This document shows positions 44,459-53,807 of a stretch of DNA of 64,000 nucleotides, piece after piece. Both the position numbers and the translations under genes were made by a program. The DNA is from Herminiimonas fonticola. GTDB taxonomy: Bacteria > Pseudomonadota > Gammaproteobacteria > Burkholderiales > Burkholderiaceae_D. Numbering within the stretch: position 1 is the stretch's first letter; each line of letters opens with the position of its first letter. The notes under the pieces were generated by a model that saw nothing but the letters and a program-made list of their open reading frames with translations, had not been told where the DNA came from and made no database searches. The stretch is taken from positions 2,761 to 66,760 of the forward strand of contig NZ_JBEBPO010000002.1 of the NCBI RefSeq assembly GCF_040395855.1, written 5' to 3'.

Positions 44459-45535
44459 CTAATGTACTGCGGAAACGTTCAGGCTGGTCAGCGTCATGTC
44501 GAGGTAATCGCCGTTGGTTTCGGTATAGCGCAAGCGTACCGGATACCAGTTTTGTTCCGGTGCCAGCCAGATATCCAGCTTTTGATCATATGAACCAACA
44601 CGTGGTGCACGTGCAAGATGCCATGCCTGCGTGCTGACGCCATCGACTTTGATTTCTTCCAGGCCGAGCACCAGAATCTGCCAGGTTTCTGCATTGCGGG
44701 TGCCAGCCACGAACAGATCGATGCTGGCCCCGGCGACAAATTTTCCGCTATCTCCGCGCCCTATGCCGGCCAGTTGCCAGATGATGCTGGCGCGGTCCTG
44801 TTCGCCGCCGCTGCGCGGATACGATAGTGTGGAAGATGAAAAGCTGATGGTATTGCGTTCGCGATGGAAGTGCGTATTAGTTTCCGCCTTGCGAAAGCGT
44901 TTTTCGCTATACAACTCGGGAGCTATGCCGGTGTCCTCTATGGCGCCGGTGCTCTGAAAGCTCAAGGCAGTAATGAAAAGCACGCCAAAATCGCCATTCA
45001 CGCTGTATTTGCTGCCATCGGTGTGCCAGCTGATGGTGCCGCTGCCATACATGGGGGCACCTTCCTTCGGCGTTTTTTGCACATCGTATTTCAGCTCGGC
45101 AGAAGGCGGCAGATCGATGTTGTAGCGCACACTGTTTTGTTCTGGATCGGCAACGGGCGTCTCTGTTGCTGCAGAGGTGGCAATGTCGTCGCTGTTGCTT
45201 TCGCTGTCTGGTATATCTGTCGATGTCGTTTCGCTGGCAGCCAATGTCGGTGGCATGTCGAGCGGTATTGCAGGCGGTGGTGAGGGGCGCGGCTTTGGTG
45301 GGCGTGGCTTGTGCCTGACGGGCTTCGGCGCGGCTTTTATCACGGGTTTGGGTGGCGGCGCTGTCAGCGTGGCTATTATCACTGCAGTATCTTCCGGCGG
45401 ATGCGAACCGGGAAAACGAAGCAGTCCGCCTAGCCAACTGATGGCAAGCAGATGCAAGAGCGCCGCCGCGATCAACACGAACAGGCTGCGCGAGTGCCCG
45501 CGTTGGTATTCGGTTGGGGGAGGGGCCATCGTCAT
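44459..45535 (-). CDS. DUF3108-domain protein with an N-terminal TM and a Pro-rich linker
   Basis: 'AALLHLLA' TM, 'PPPKPVIKAAPKP..PKPRPSPPP' linker, C-terminal paralog of the downstream gene ('GGEQDRAS', 'DIWLAPEQNWYPVRLR'). Confidence 0.75.
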   Translation of the reverse strand: MTMAPPPTEYQRGHSRSLFVLIAAALLHLLAISWLGGLLRFPGSHPPEDTAVIIATLTAPPPKPVIKAAPKPVRHKPRPPKPRPSPPPAIPLDMPPTLAASETTSTDIPDSESNSDDIATSAATETPVADPEQNSVRYNIDLPPSAELKYDVQKTPKEGAPMYGSGTISWHTDGSKYSVNGDFGVLFITALSFQSTGAIEDTGIAPELYSEKRFRKAETNTHFHRERNTISFSSSTLSYPRSGGEQDRASIIWQLAGIGRGDSGKFVAGASIDLFVAGTRNAETWQILVLGLEEIKVDGVSTQAWHLARAPRVGSYDQKLDIWLAPEQNWYPVRLRYTETNGDYLDMTLTSLNVSAVH

Positions 45536-45784
45536 GGTGTCAGTGTAAACGCAAGCCAGCGGCTTGGGTGAATGGGCGCAGTGAGTGCCGCATAAGATGC
45601 GTCTTTTGGAAAATCGTATCTTGAATATTCAAGGCAGGAAAATCTTTGTCGCTGCGTTGCAATATGCAGCGTCCGCCGCGTTAGCATGTCGTTTGCGCAT
45701 CACATTCTCTGCTAAGCTGAAAGCAAGCATGATGGCGCTATGCCACGCTTTTTGCAGACTGTCTTTCCATCCTGGAGGTGCCAC

Positions 45785-46342
45785 ATGACCCAGCCCAATA
45801 TGCCCCATCTTCCCGGCTTCGATGCAATGGCCGATACGCTGGAATTCGTCAAGAAAATGTGGGGTGGCGCGCATGCCTCGACAGGAATTCCCGGCATGGT
45901 GATGCCGACTCTTTCACTGGATGAAGTCAACAAGCAGATCGCCGATCTGAAGGCGGTGGAGTCGTGGTTGAGTGTGAATATGAATATGTTGCGCGGCACG
46001 ATACAAGCGCTGGAAGTGCAGGCAGCGACGATCTCGACCTTGCAGGCCATGGGTGCCACAGCGTTTGATGCCAAGACACATGCAAGTCCGGCATCGCATG
46101 CAGCCACAGGGACTGATGATTCTGTACATGCCGCCGGTGCGGCGGATGTGGCGGCGGATTGGTGGAATTCGCTGCAGGAACAATTTAATCAGACTGTGCG
46201 CGGCGTCATGGCGGAAGAGGCTAGGGCAACGCAAGCCGAGCCGGTAATGCGCTCAGGCAAGCCAGCTGCCGCAGCAAAAAAGACTGCCGCCAAATCAGGC
46301 GCAAAGCCGGGCAAAAAACGCGCACCGCCTGCCAAACCGTAA
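45785..46342 (+). CDS. phaM: PhaM-family PHA-granule/nucleoid-associated protein
   Basis: 'TLEFVKKMWG', 'IADLKAVESWL..NMLRGTIQALEVQ', Lys/Ala-rich C-terminus. Confidence 0.8.
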   Translation: MTQPNMPHLPGFDAMADTLEFVKKMWGGAHASTGIPGMVMPTLSLDEVNKQIADLKAVESWLSVNMNMLRGTIQALEVQAATISTLQAMGATAFDAKTHASPASHAATGTDDSVHAAGAADVAADWWNSLQEQFNQTVRGVMAEEARATQAEPVMRSGKPAAAAKKTAAKSGAKPGKKRAPPAKP

Positions 46343-46351
46343 GACGTGCAA

Positions 46352-47692
46352 TCAGGTGAGCGGTTTGCCGGTCGTCGTAGTTGTTGCGGCTACGCGCAAA
46401 TGGCGGGCAATCCAGATGGTGGCGATGCCGCAGGCAACGGCGATATAGCCGACCATGTCGTAATGCACGATTTGCCCGTCCGGCGCACGCGTCATGATCA
46501 TGCCGGCCGCCAGCGTTGCCAGTCCCGAGGACAGCATCTGCACCGAAGAAACCAAACTCATGAAGGTGCCGCGCACATGCGGTGCCGGTACCGCGCTCAC
46601 CATCGCCATGCCCGGCACCATGCGGCCTGGCACGAGAATGAAGAATAGTGTGGAATTGATCAATACCAGCCACCATGCAATCGGCACCAGATGCGTGGTG
46701 ACCAGCAAGGGGATAAAGGATGCCAGCGCCACGCGCTGAAAAACTTTTAGTTTGCCGTGCCGGTCAGACATCCTGCCGATCAATTGCGAAGTGAAAAATG
46801 CTGCTGCGCCGCCGCACAGATAGATCACGGTGATGAATGATTCCGGCAAGCCGACGTTGGTTGTCAGGTACAAGGCGATATACGGAATTACTGTAAAACC
46901 CGCCATCATCAGCAACGCAATAAACGCAAATGCGACAAGATGGCTGGGTTCTTTCGCTACCGCGAAAAGCTGCTGGAAAACATTGCCCACCCGTTTGCTG
47001 TGCAGATGCGCGGTCAGATTGGGTAGCAATTTGTATCCGATGAGCCAGAATCCGGTCGCCAGCAAGACAATGAAGAAGAACGGCGCACGCCAGCCGATAG
47101 TAGAAAAATACGAAGCCAGAAAAAGACCCAGTGGCACGCCTGCCACGGTCGAGATGGAAAACGCCGTCATCACCGTCCCCATCGCCTTGCCGCGTCGCTC
47201 GAATGGAATCACGTCTGCGACCATGGTTTGCACCAGCGCGCCCAGAATGCCGCCGAATGCGCCGGCCAGTGCGCGCGCAATCAACAGCGTGCTGTAATCG
47301 GGCGCCAAGCCGCAACACAGCGTTGCAATGATGAACAGCGCGTATAGCGTGAGCATCAGTTTGCGTCTGTCAAAGCGATCGATATAGGTAGCGGCGAGCA
47401 AGCCGGATGCGGCAGCGGTCAGCGTGTAGGACGACAGCAGTACGCCGAACTGATGCGTATCGATATGCAAGACCCGAATCAGTTGCGGGCCGAGCGGCAT
47501 CATGATCATGAAATCGAGAATATGCGTGAACTGTATGCCGGCAATGGTCAGCAAAAACAGGCGTTCGTTCTTGACGACGGGAGAGGGTGATGCGGAATGC
47601 AAAGATGGTCTGCCGGTTAAGATATTGATGGGTAAATGGATGCTGCTGTTTGATGCGAAAAATCCAGTCGGAATTTTTATGCAATTCGACAA
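46352..47692 (-). CDS. MFS transporter
   Basis: 12-TM pattern, motif A 'ATYIDRFDRRK'; true start probably downstream of 47692. Confidence 0.88.
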   Translation of the reverse strand: MSNCIKIPTGFFASNSSIHLPINILTGRPSLHSASPSPVVKNERLFLLTIAGIQFTHILDFMIMMPLGPQLIRVLHIDTHQFGVLLSSYTLTAAASGLLAATYIDRFDRRKLMLTLYALFIIATLCCGLAPDYSTLLIARALAGAFGGILGALVQTMVADVIPFERRGKAMGTVMTAFSISTVAGVPLGLFLASYFSTIGWRAPFFFIVLLATGFWLIGYKLLPNLTAHLHSKRVGNVFQQLFAVAKEPSHLVAFAFIALLMMAGFTVIPYIALYLTTNVGLPESFITVIYLCGGAAAFFTSQLIGRMSDRHGKLKVFQRVALASFIPLLVTTHLVPIAWWLVLINSTLFFILVPGRMVPGMAMVSAVPAPHVRGTFMSLVSSVQMLSSGLATLAAGMIMTRAPDGQIVHYDMVGYIAVACGIATIWIARHLRVAATTTTTGKPLT

Positions 47693-48020
47693 AGCCGGAT
47701 TGATGCAGCCGTCAGTCTAGCGGGTTTTGGCGACTGGCGTGGGCGGCGGCAATAATGATGGCGCAATGCAAATCTGACATCCCCTATTTCAAGCAAGATT
47801 TCCTTATCCAGAGCGAAATGGCAACACTGCCAGCGGGATATTTTCTTTTCGGAAAACTTTGGCGGCGAGTATCGGTATAGTAGAGACCGTGCCTTGATAT
47901 TTTTTATGCGATCAGGGCACAATTTATTTCCCTGATAACAAACAAGGCGTATCTCATGCAATCGATGGTGACGAAGTTGCTTGGTGCAAGCGTGGCAGAC
48001 GCAATCATTGAGGTGCATGC

Positions 48021-48815
48021 ATGATGTGGTTTCTTGCTTATGTGATGGCCGGTGCGTTTGTCGGCGTATTGGCCGGCTTGCTCGGCATAGGCGGCGGCAT
48101 GACGCTGGTGCCGATTATTGCAGCCTTGTTCGCTGCCCAGCATTTTGCACCGGATCACGTGGTGCACATGGCACTGGCGACATGCATGGCATCCATCGCC
48201 TTTACTTCCGGTTCCAGTGTGCGTGAACACCTCAAATTTGATGGGGTCGATTTCGATATCGTCAAACGCATGACGCCGGGCCTGGTGATTGGCAGTCTGC
48301 TGGCCACTTCGGTTTCGGCCTGGATACCGCAACGCCATCTGGCCTTGAGTTTTGCCGTCATAGTGTTCTTTGGCGCCACGCAAATCATGCTGAATAAAAA
48401 GCCGAAGGCGGCGCGTCCTTTGCCGGCGGCCGGACCGCTGTTCTGTGTCGGCATGGTGATTGGAATTATTGCCGGACTCGTGTCTGCCGGTGGCGCGTTC
48501 CTGACGATTCCCTTCATGCTGTGGTGCGGTGTGCCGATGAAGAAAACCATAGGTACCGGCGCCTTGATGGGAATTCCGCTGGCGGTGGTCGGGACGATCG
48601 GTTACATCATTTCCGGCTGGAACGTGGCGGATTTGCCATCTGACGCAATAGGATTTATTTCCATCACGGCACTGATCGGGATTGTGTGCGGCAGTGTGGT
48701 CACTGCACCGTTTGGCGCACGGCTGGCACATCGATTGCCAGTGCCGATATTGAAGCGCATTTTCGCCTGCCTGCTGTATGTGCTGGCCGCCAAGATGTTA
48801 TGGACTTACTGGTAG
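48021..48815 (+). CDS. Sulfite exporter TauE/SafE family
   Basis: 'GLLGIGGGMTLVP', 'AGGAFLTIPF', 'APFGARLAH'. Confidence 0.88.
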   Translation: MMWFLAYVMAGAFVGVLAGLLGIGGGMTLVPIIAALFAAQHFAPDHVVHMALATCMASIAFTSGSSVREHLKFDGVDFDIVKRMTPGLVIGSLLATSVSAWIPQRHLALSFAVIVFFGATQIMLNKKPKAARPLPAAGPLFCVGMVIGIIAGLVSAGGAFLTIPFMLWCGVPMKKTIGTGALMGIPLAVVGTIGYIISGWNVADLPSDAIGFISITALIGIVCGSVVTAPFGARLAHRLPVPILKRIFACLLYVLAAKMLWTYW

Positions 48816-48864
48816 TGATGCTGATGCACTGACACGATCATTGACCGAGTCAGTGCGAGTGTGG

Positions 48865-49302
48865 TCAGCTCTTGCGTGAAAATTTCTCTGCCAGCTGATT
48901 CAGCTTTTCGGCGCGCAGGCGCTCTGCTTCCTCCAGCTTGCGCTGGCTTTCTTCCGCCTGGCGTTGCGCCTTGCGCTGTTCGGCATTCTTTTTAAAGCGT
49001 TCTTTCAAGGTCGTGGTCGCGTGTGTGCGATGCACATCCGTGACTTCATCGGCGTGCGAACCATCCAGATTGAAGCGTACGGTGGCTTTTTCCATTCCCT
49101 TCAGATAACGCAGGGAATTGGTGTGTATGCCGAGTGCAGTGCGCAAGGCTTTGCGGCTGACTTCTGGGTTTTGTGCAATCAGTTGCTTGTCGATGCCGAT
49201 CGCCAGCGGCTGGAAATCGCCAAACACGGGAAATTTTTCTTGAAGTTCCTTGAGCAGGATGCGCGCGGATTGAAACGGATTAGGGCTTGATTCGGTCGTC
49301 AT
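48865..49302 (-). CDS. ProQ/FinO-family RNA chaperone
   Basis: 'PLAIGIDKQL', 'ALGIHTNSLRYL', 'RFNLDGSHA', basic helical tail. Confidence 0.85.
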   Translation of the reverse strand: MTTESSPNPFQSARILLKELQEKFPVFGDFQPLAIGIDKQLIAQNPEVSRKALRTALGIHTNSLRYLKGMEKATVRFNLDGSHADEVTDVHRTHATTTLKERFKKNAEQRKAQRQAEESQRKLEEAERLRAEKLNQLAEKFSRKS

Positions 49303-49460
49303 GAACAGCAGTCGAGCAATGTGTGAGCTAGGGCCCGCAGGATAGCACGAAGGCGCGGAATTGCCGGCTTTGTACGTTTTTTATCTGTCGGCTAGCCGAA
49401 GAATGTTATTGCAGCGTGTACAGTGTGAGCACGAATTACTTATTTTCCGATGAAATGTAA

Positions 49461-49868
49461 ATGATGGTCGACGAAGGCGAGAAAAATCAGGACGAGCAGC
49501 TTGAACGGCCCTGGATAGTTTTGAAAACCACCTACGATGTGGAAACATGGATCGATCATCAAAATCGCTCTATCCAGCAATTGGGCAAAAACAGCAAGGC
49601 CAGCGGCTGGGGAATTTGCTTCGGTTTGGGCGAAGGTGGCGAGATTTTCATGCATACGACAGCGGAAGGCGATGTGCTGCTGGATGTGACACCGGAAGCA
49701 GCGTGGGTTGCACCATTGATTACAGCGGCGACACAGATCGAGGCACCGAACACGCAAATATGGGCCTTGCCGGGTGACAGGCTGACGCAACTGGTATTCG
49801 GATTAAGCAGTCTGATTGCAACCACCAGGCTGGTGGTCGAACATAATTTCAATGTGCGAAAATATTAG
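49461..49868 (+). CDS. Hypothetical protein (135 aa)
   Basis: Fills the gap between proQ and terC, followed by a strong terminator; no recognisable motif. Confidence 0.65.
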   Translation: MMVDEGEKNQDEQLERPWIVLKTTYDVETWIDHQNRSIQQLGKNSKASGWGICFGLGEGGEIFMHTTAEGDVLLDVTPEAAWVAPLITAATQIEAPNTQIWALPGDRLTQLVFGLSSLIATTRLVVEHNFNVRKY

Positions 49869-49920
49869 GATGACGGAGCCTGGTGCCTGAGCGATTTTCA
49901 GTGCGGGCAGTCAGGAAAAG

Positions 49921-49954
49921 AAAAGGGCGAACCGGTTGTCCGGTTCGCCCTTTT
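49921..49954. terminator. Bidirectional terminator
   Basis: AAAAGGGCGAACCGG-TTGT-CCGGTTCGCCCTTTT between convergent genes. Confidence 0.88.
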
Positions 49955-49995
49955 TGCTACGCAGACAAACGCCAGATGGCGCTCGCCTGCCGGGA

Positions 49996-50709
49996 TTACG
50001 CCGCTGCAGCTTTATGGTGACGCTTACCCAGATAGGTGCCGACGATGACAACGCCGAGTGCGAGTACCAGACCTGGAATGCTCAGATGGGTATTGCCGAA
50101 CAGGTTGAGCTCGTGATGCGGTACGTTGGCTTCGATCCAGGGTACGACCGCGGTATCGGAGAACAGCATTTCGCCAGCCAGATAGCCGAGCAATGCCGCA
50201 CCCAGAGTGATGATGATAGGAAATTTCTCCATCAACTTCAAAACCAGCGTGCTGCCGAACACGATCAATGGAACGCTGATGGCCAAGCCGATAATCAGCA
50301 AGCCAACGTGGCCATCGGCTGCGGCTGCGACGCCGAGTACGTTGTCCAGGCTCATCACCAGATCGGCGATCAGAATGGTTTTGATCGCACCCCACAGATT
50401 CGACGAGCCTTCGATGTTTTCTTCGCCGCCGTCTTCCGCCAGCAATTGCACGCCGATGTAAAACAGCAGAACGCCACCGATGAGCTTCAGGTATGGCAGG
50501 GTCAGCAATTGCAATGCAAAGATGGTCAAAACAATACGCAGGATAATCGCCGCGGCACTACCCCAGATCACAGCCAGTTTCTTTTGTTTGGGTGGCAGGG
50601 ATTTGGCGGCCAGCGCGATGACGACTGCGTTGTCGCCGGAAAGTACGATGTTGATCAGGATGATGTTGCCAAGTGCAGCCCAGAATGCTGCGGTGCTTAT
50701 TACGTCCAT
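49996..50709 (-). CDS. TerC-family (YjbE-type) membrane protein
   Basis: 'LSGDNAVVIALA', 'ADLVMSLDNV', 'GLAISVPLIVFGS'. Confidence 0.9.
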   Translation of the reverse strand: MDVISTAAFWAALGNIILINIVLSGDNAVVIALAAKSLPPKQKKLAVIWGSAAAIILRIVLTIFALQLLTLPYLKLIGGVLLFYIGVQLLAEDGGEENIEGSSNLWGAIKTILIADLVMSLDNVLGVAAAADGHVGLLIIGLAISVPLIVFGSTLVLKLMEKFPIIITLGAALLGYLAGEMLFSDTAVVPWIEANVPHHELNLFGNTHLSIPGLVLALGVVIVGTYLGKRHHKAAAA

Positions 50710-50972
50710 GTCTTCCTCAAGGTTTATTAAGATGATGTGGCGGTCAACGTATGACCATGTTGTTGTCGATTATCAGAAAAATCTGAAAAATCTTTTTTGG
50801 CCACTACGTATTCATATGCGCGACATTGCGTTAAAAACGAAATGTCTGCGGTTCAAGATAAAACAACTCAAAAACCGCTAGAAGGAGTTGAATTGCCTAG
50901 GCAACGCGACTCCACTGCATAGCCGCAGGTTAACGCTGAGGAACTTAATAAGATGTGAGGAATGTGTTACGT

Positions 50973-52217
50973 TTAAGTTAAACTTGTCTTAAAAACAATT
51001 CGGAAATTACTGCCAATTTTTGGATTATTTTCTACGATTAATTTTGCATCGAGGTATTCGCAGATGCGCACGACCAAAGCGAGGCCCAGTCCCGAGCCTG
51101 CAGAACCGACCAGGGGTTTGGATGATTGCTTGTTTTGCAGGCGCGCCTGTATCGATTCCGGCAAGCCGGGGCCGGTATCTTCAACGATCACCGTGTGAGC
51201 CGCGATTCTGACAGTGACGGAGCCTTGCTCGGTGTATTGGCAGGCGTTGCGAATCAGATTGCCGATCGCCGCCGTGAGCAGTTCCCTGCGAGCGGCCACC
51301 ACAAAGTCTTCACCTTCTTCAAAATGCAGCGTGACCGGCTTGCCTTCAACAAAGTGCTGGCAGCGCGCGATTTCGGCATGAATGACGTCCGTAACCGATG
51401 TTTCCGGTCGATTAATCTGGTCGGGTGCGCGTGCCAGTTGCAGCAGTATTTCAACACACTCGTTTGCTTCCTTGGCTGCACGCAGAATGCGGTCTGCCGG
51501 TGCATGCAGTGCCGGTTGCGTGACGGTTTGTTCGAGCAATAGTTCGGCAGCGCCGGTGATGATCGTCAGCGGCGTGCGCAATTCGTGGCTGACATCGCCG
51601 GTAAAAAAGCGTTCGCGCGCCAGGAATTGCTGCAGCTCGGCGGTATGGGCGGCGAAAGCGCGTGCCAGTACACCCAGTTCATCGTGGCTGTTCAGTAGTG
51701 GTAAATCGGCATGGTTGCCTTTCTCGTCGACCGCTGCTGCCAGTTCAATGATCGGATCGACGAAGCCGCGCGCAATAAAGCTGCCGAGAAACAGCGACAG
51801 TGCCACAAAGCCGAGAAAGCCGGCCATGATCATGGCGTAAATCACATGTTCGATATTTTTGTATTCGCTGGCGCGATCGACCACTACATAGATGCCGGCA
51901 TCGTCTTCCCCAACCAGAAGATGAACATTTTTTCCTTCAAAGTTCTTTTTCGCGACGCCCAGCGGCAAGTCGCGCAAGTCGGATGGAATGGCCGTGCTGT
52001 GATAGAAGCTTACATCGTGCGGCATCTCCACCGGCATGCCGTTTGCATGGCGCGGCGAGGCCCAGGCGGCAATGCTGCGTAAATGCTCGTCAACCAGCAA
52101 ATCTTCCGTACCCTCGATGGCAACGGCGGCAACGATGCCAAAGAAAGTGCAGATTGCCAGTGCAAATAAAAGGTAGGCGACGACGATGCGTCGCCGTAGC
52201 GTACTAGAGCGCTTCAT
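50973..52217 (-). CDS. Sensor histidine kinase, ColS-like
   Basis: 2 TM, 'DVSHELRTPL', 'NLIRNA', 'DTGPG', 'GLGLALV'. Confidence 0.88.
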   Translation of the reverse strand: MKRSSTLRRRIVVAYLLFALAICTFFGIVAAVAIEGTEDLLVDEHLRSIAAWASPRHANGMPVEMPHDVSFYHSTAIPSDLRDLPLGVAKKNFEGKNVHLLVGEDDAGIYVVVDRASEYKNIEHVIYAMIMAGFLGFVALSLFLGSFIARGFVDPIIELAAAVDEKGNHADLPLLNSHDELGVLARAFAAHTAELQQFLARERFFTGDVSHELRTPLTIITGAAELLLEQTVTQPALHAPADRILRAAKEANECVEILLQLARAPDQINRPETSVTDVIHAEIARCQHFVEGKPVTLHFEEGEDFVVAARRELLTAAIGNLIRNACQYTEQGSVTVRIAAHTVIVEDTGPGLPESIQARLQNKQSSKPLVGSAGSGLGLALVVRICEYLDAKLIVENNPKIGSNFRIVFKTSLT

Positions 52218-52899
52218 CCGAACCGACCAGGCGGTAGCCTATGCCTTGGACCGTGCGCAGCATGGCAAACGGATACGATTTATCCAGTGCCTGCCGCAGC
52301 GCATGGATGTGCGTGCGCAAGGCATCGCTGTCAGGCGGATGATCGCCCCAGACTTCCAGTTCCAGCGTTTCCCGCGAAACGACCTTGGGCGCTTCCTTCA
52401 TCAGGCAGCCCAGGATCTTGAAGCCGGTCTTGGTCAGCGTGATCGGCATGCCATCGCGTTTGACCTGATACGTCGAAGTATCGAATACCAGATCGCCGAC
52501 GCTGAGGAAATTCGTCCCCTGATTTTTGCCGCGCGCGCGGCGTATCAGGGCTTTCAGGCGGACTTCCACTTCCAGCAGTGAAAATGGTTTGACCAGGTAA
52601 TCATCCGCGCCGCTGTCAAAACCGGCGACTTTGTCGTCCAGCGTATCGCGTGCAGTCAGCATCAGCACGGGCGTATCGTTTTGCAATTCATCGCGCATCT
52701 TGCGACATAGCGTCAGGCCGTCTATGCCTGGCAACTTGATGTCGAGGATGACGGCGTCGTACTCATGTTGTGCTGCCAGTGCAAAGCCTGCATATCCGTT
52801 GGCGGCGCAATCGAGCACGTAGCCGCGCGGCTCAAGAAATGCATACAGGTTTGCGACAATATCGGCATTGTCTTCAATAATCAGAATGCGCATGGTCAT
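52204..52899 (-). CDS. OmpR-family response regulator, ColR-like
   Basis: 'ILIIEDNADIVANL', 'TPVLMLTARDTLDDK', 'DSDALRTHIHALR' resemble Pseudomonas ColR as I recall it. Confidence 0.85.
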   Translation of the reverse strand: MTMRILIIEDNADIVANLYAFLEPRGYVLDCAANGYAGFALAAQHEYDAVILDIKLPGIDGLTLCRKMRDELQNDTPVLMLTARDTLDDKVAGFDSGADDYLVKPFSLLEVEVRLKALIRRARGKNQGTNFLSVGDLVFDTSTYQVKRDGMPITLTKTGFKILGCLMKEAPKVVSRETLELEVWGDHPPDSDALRTHIHALRQALDKSYPFAMLRTVQGIGYRLVGSDEAL

Positions 52900-53165
52900 G
52901 GAGGCGATGGCTCGCCTGTTGCCTCTCTAATGTTTGGTTGCTTCTGGAAAATCACAGCGTTATGTCTGGAGGCCGGCCCTGGTTGGGGCTGGCGGATTAA
53001 ATAAGCACCGTTATTATGCCTGCGCGGCAGCAATGTTGTATTGCCTATCTTGGGCGCGGCGACTTGGTGGGGCCTTGTCCATGCCGGCGCTTGTTGCTCG
53101 CGTCAGGGAGAGCGTATGCATGGCTTGCACGGCATAAATTCGGATTTTCCCTGATAATCGAACCC

Positions 53166-53744
53166 ATGAATGCCGTCCTCGCCGCGCTTGATTTTACCTC
53201 TCCCTCGTCTGAACTGGCGCGCCGCTTGATCGGTGTAACGGTCTTGATTGATGGCGTGGGCGGACGCATAGTCGAAACGGAGGCTTACGATTTCACCGAC
53301 CCGGCGTCGCACTGTTTCAACGGACAGACGCTGCGCAATGGCTCCATGTTCGGTCCTCCTGCGCACGTCTATATTTATCGCTCGTATGGCCTGCACTGGG
53401 GCATGAATTTCGTTTGCTGCGAGGAAGGCCACGGTGCCGGGGTGCTGATACGTGCGCTGGAACCGACGACGGGTATCGATATCATGCGTCAGCGGCGCGG
53501 AATGGATGATGTGCGTTTGCTGTGTTCCGGGCCCGGGCGTTTATGTCAGGCGCTGGGCGTGACGCATCGACTCAATGGGGCATCGCTGGATGCGCCGCCG
53601 TTTCAACTGCTGTTGGCGACAGAGCCGGTATCGGTAGTGAGCGGGCCGCGTATCGGAATCTCGAAAGCAGTCGATGTGCCGTGGCGTTTCGGTTTGGCCG
53701 GGTCGCGCTTTGTGAGCCGGCCGTTCGGCCGCAAGGGGAAATGA
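53166..53744 (+). CDS. mpg: DNA-3-methyladenine glycosylase (MPG/AAG family)
   Basis: 'GRIVETEAY', 'MFGPPAHVYIYRSYGLHW', 'VLIRALEP', 'GPGRLCQALG', 'GPRIGI'. Confidence 0.92.
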   Translation: MNAVLAALDFTSPSSELARRLIGVTVLIDGVGGRIVETEAYDFTDPASHCFNGQTLRNGSMFGPPAHVYIYRSYGLHWGMNFVCCEEGHGAGVLIRALEPTTGIDIMRQRRGMDDVRLLCSGPGRLCQALGVTHRLNGASLDAPPFQLLLATEPVSVVSGPRIGISKAVDVPWRFGLAGSRFVSRPFGRKGK

Positions 53745-53807
53745 AATTGTTATTTGTGCCGCTGCCGGATACCTGTGAGGGTTGAAATCCGGCGTAGGCA
53801 ATAGCGG

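Noticed and set aside
50710-50972. yybP-ykoY manganese riboswitch upstream of terC
   Set aside because: The GGGGAGUA, CGUCAA and GAGACC consensus elements are not present on the coding strand; only a partial GUGGAGUC
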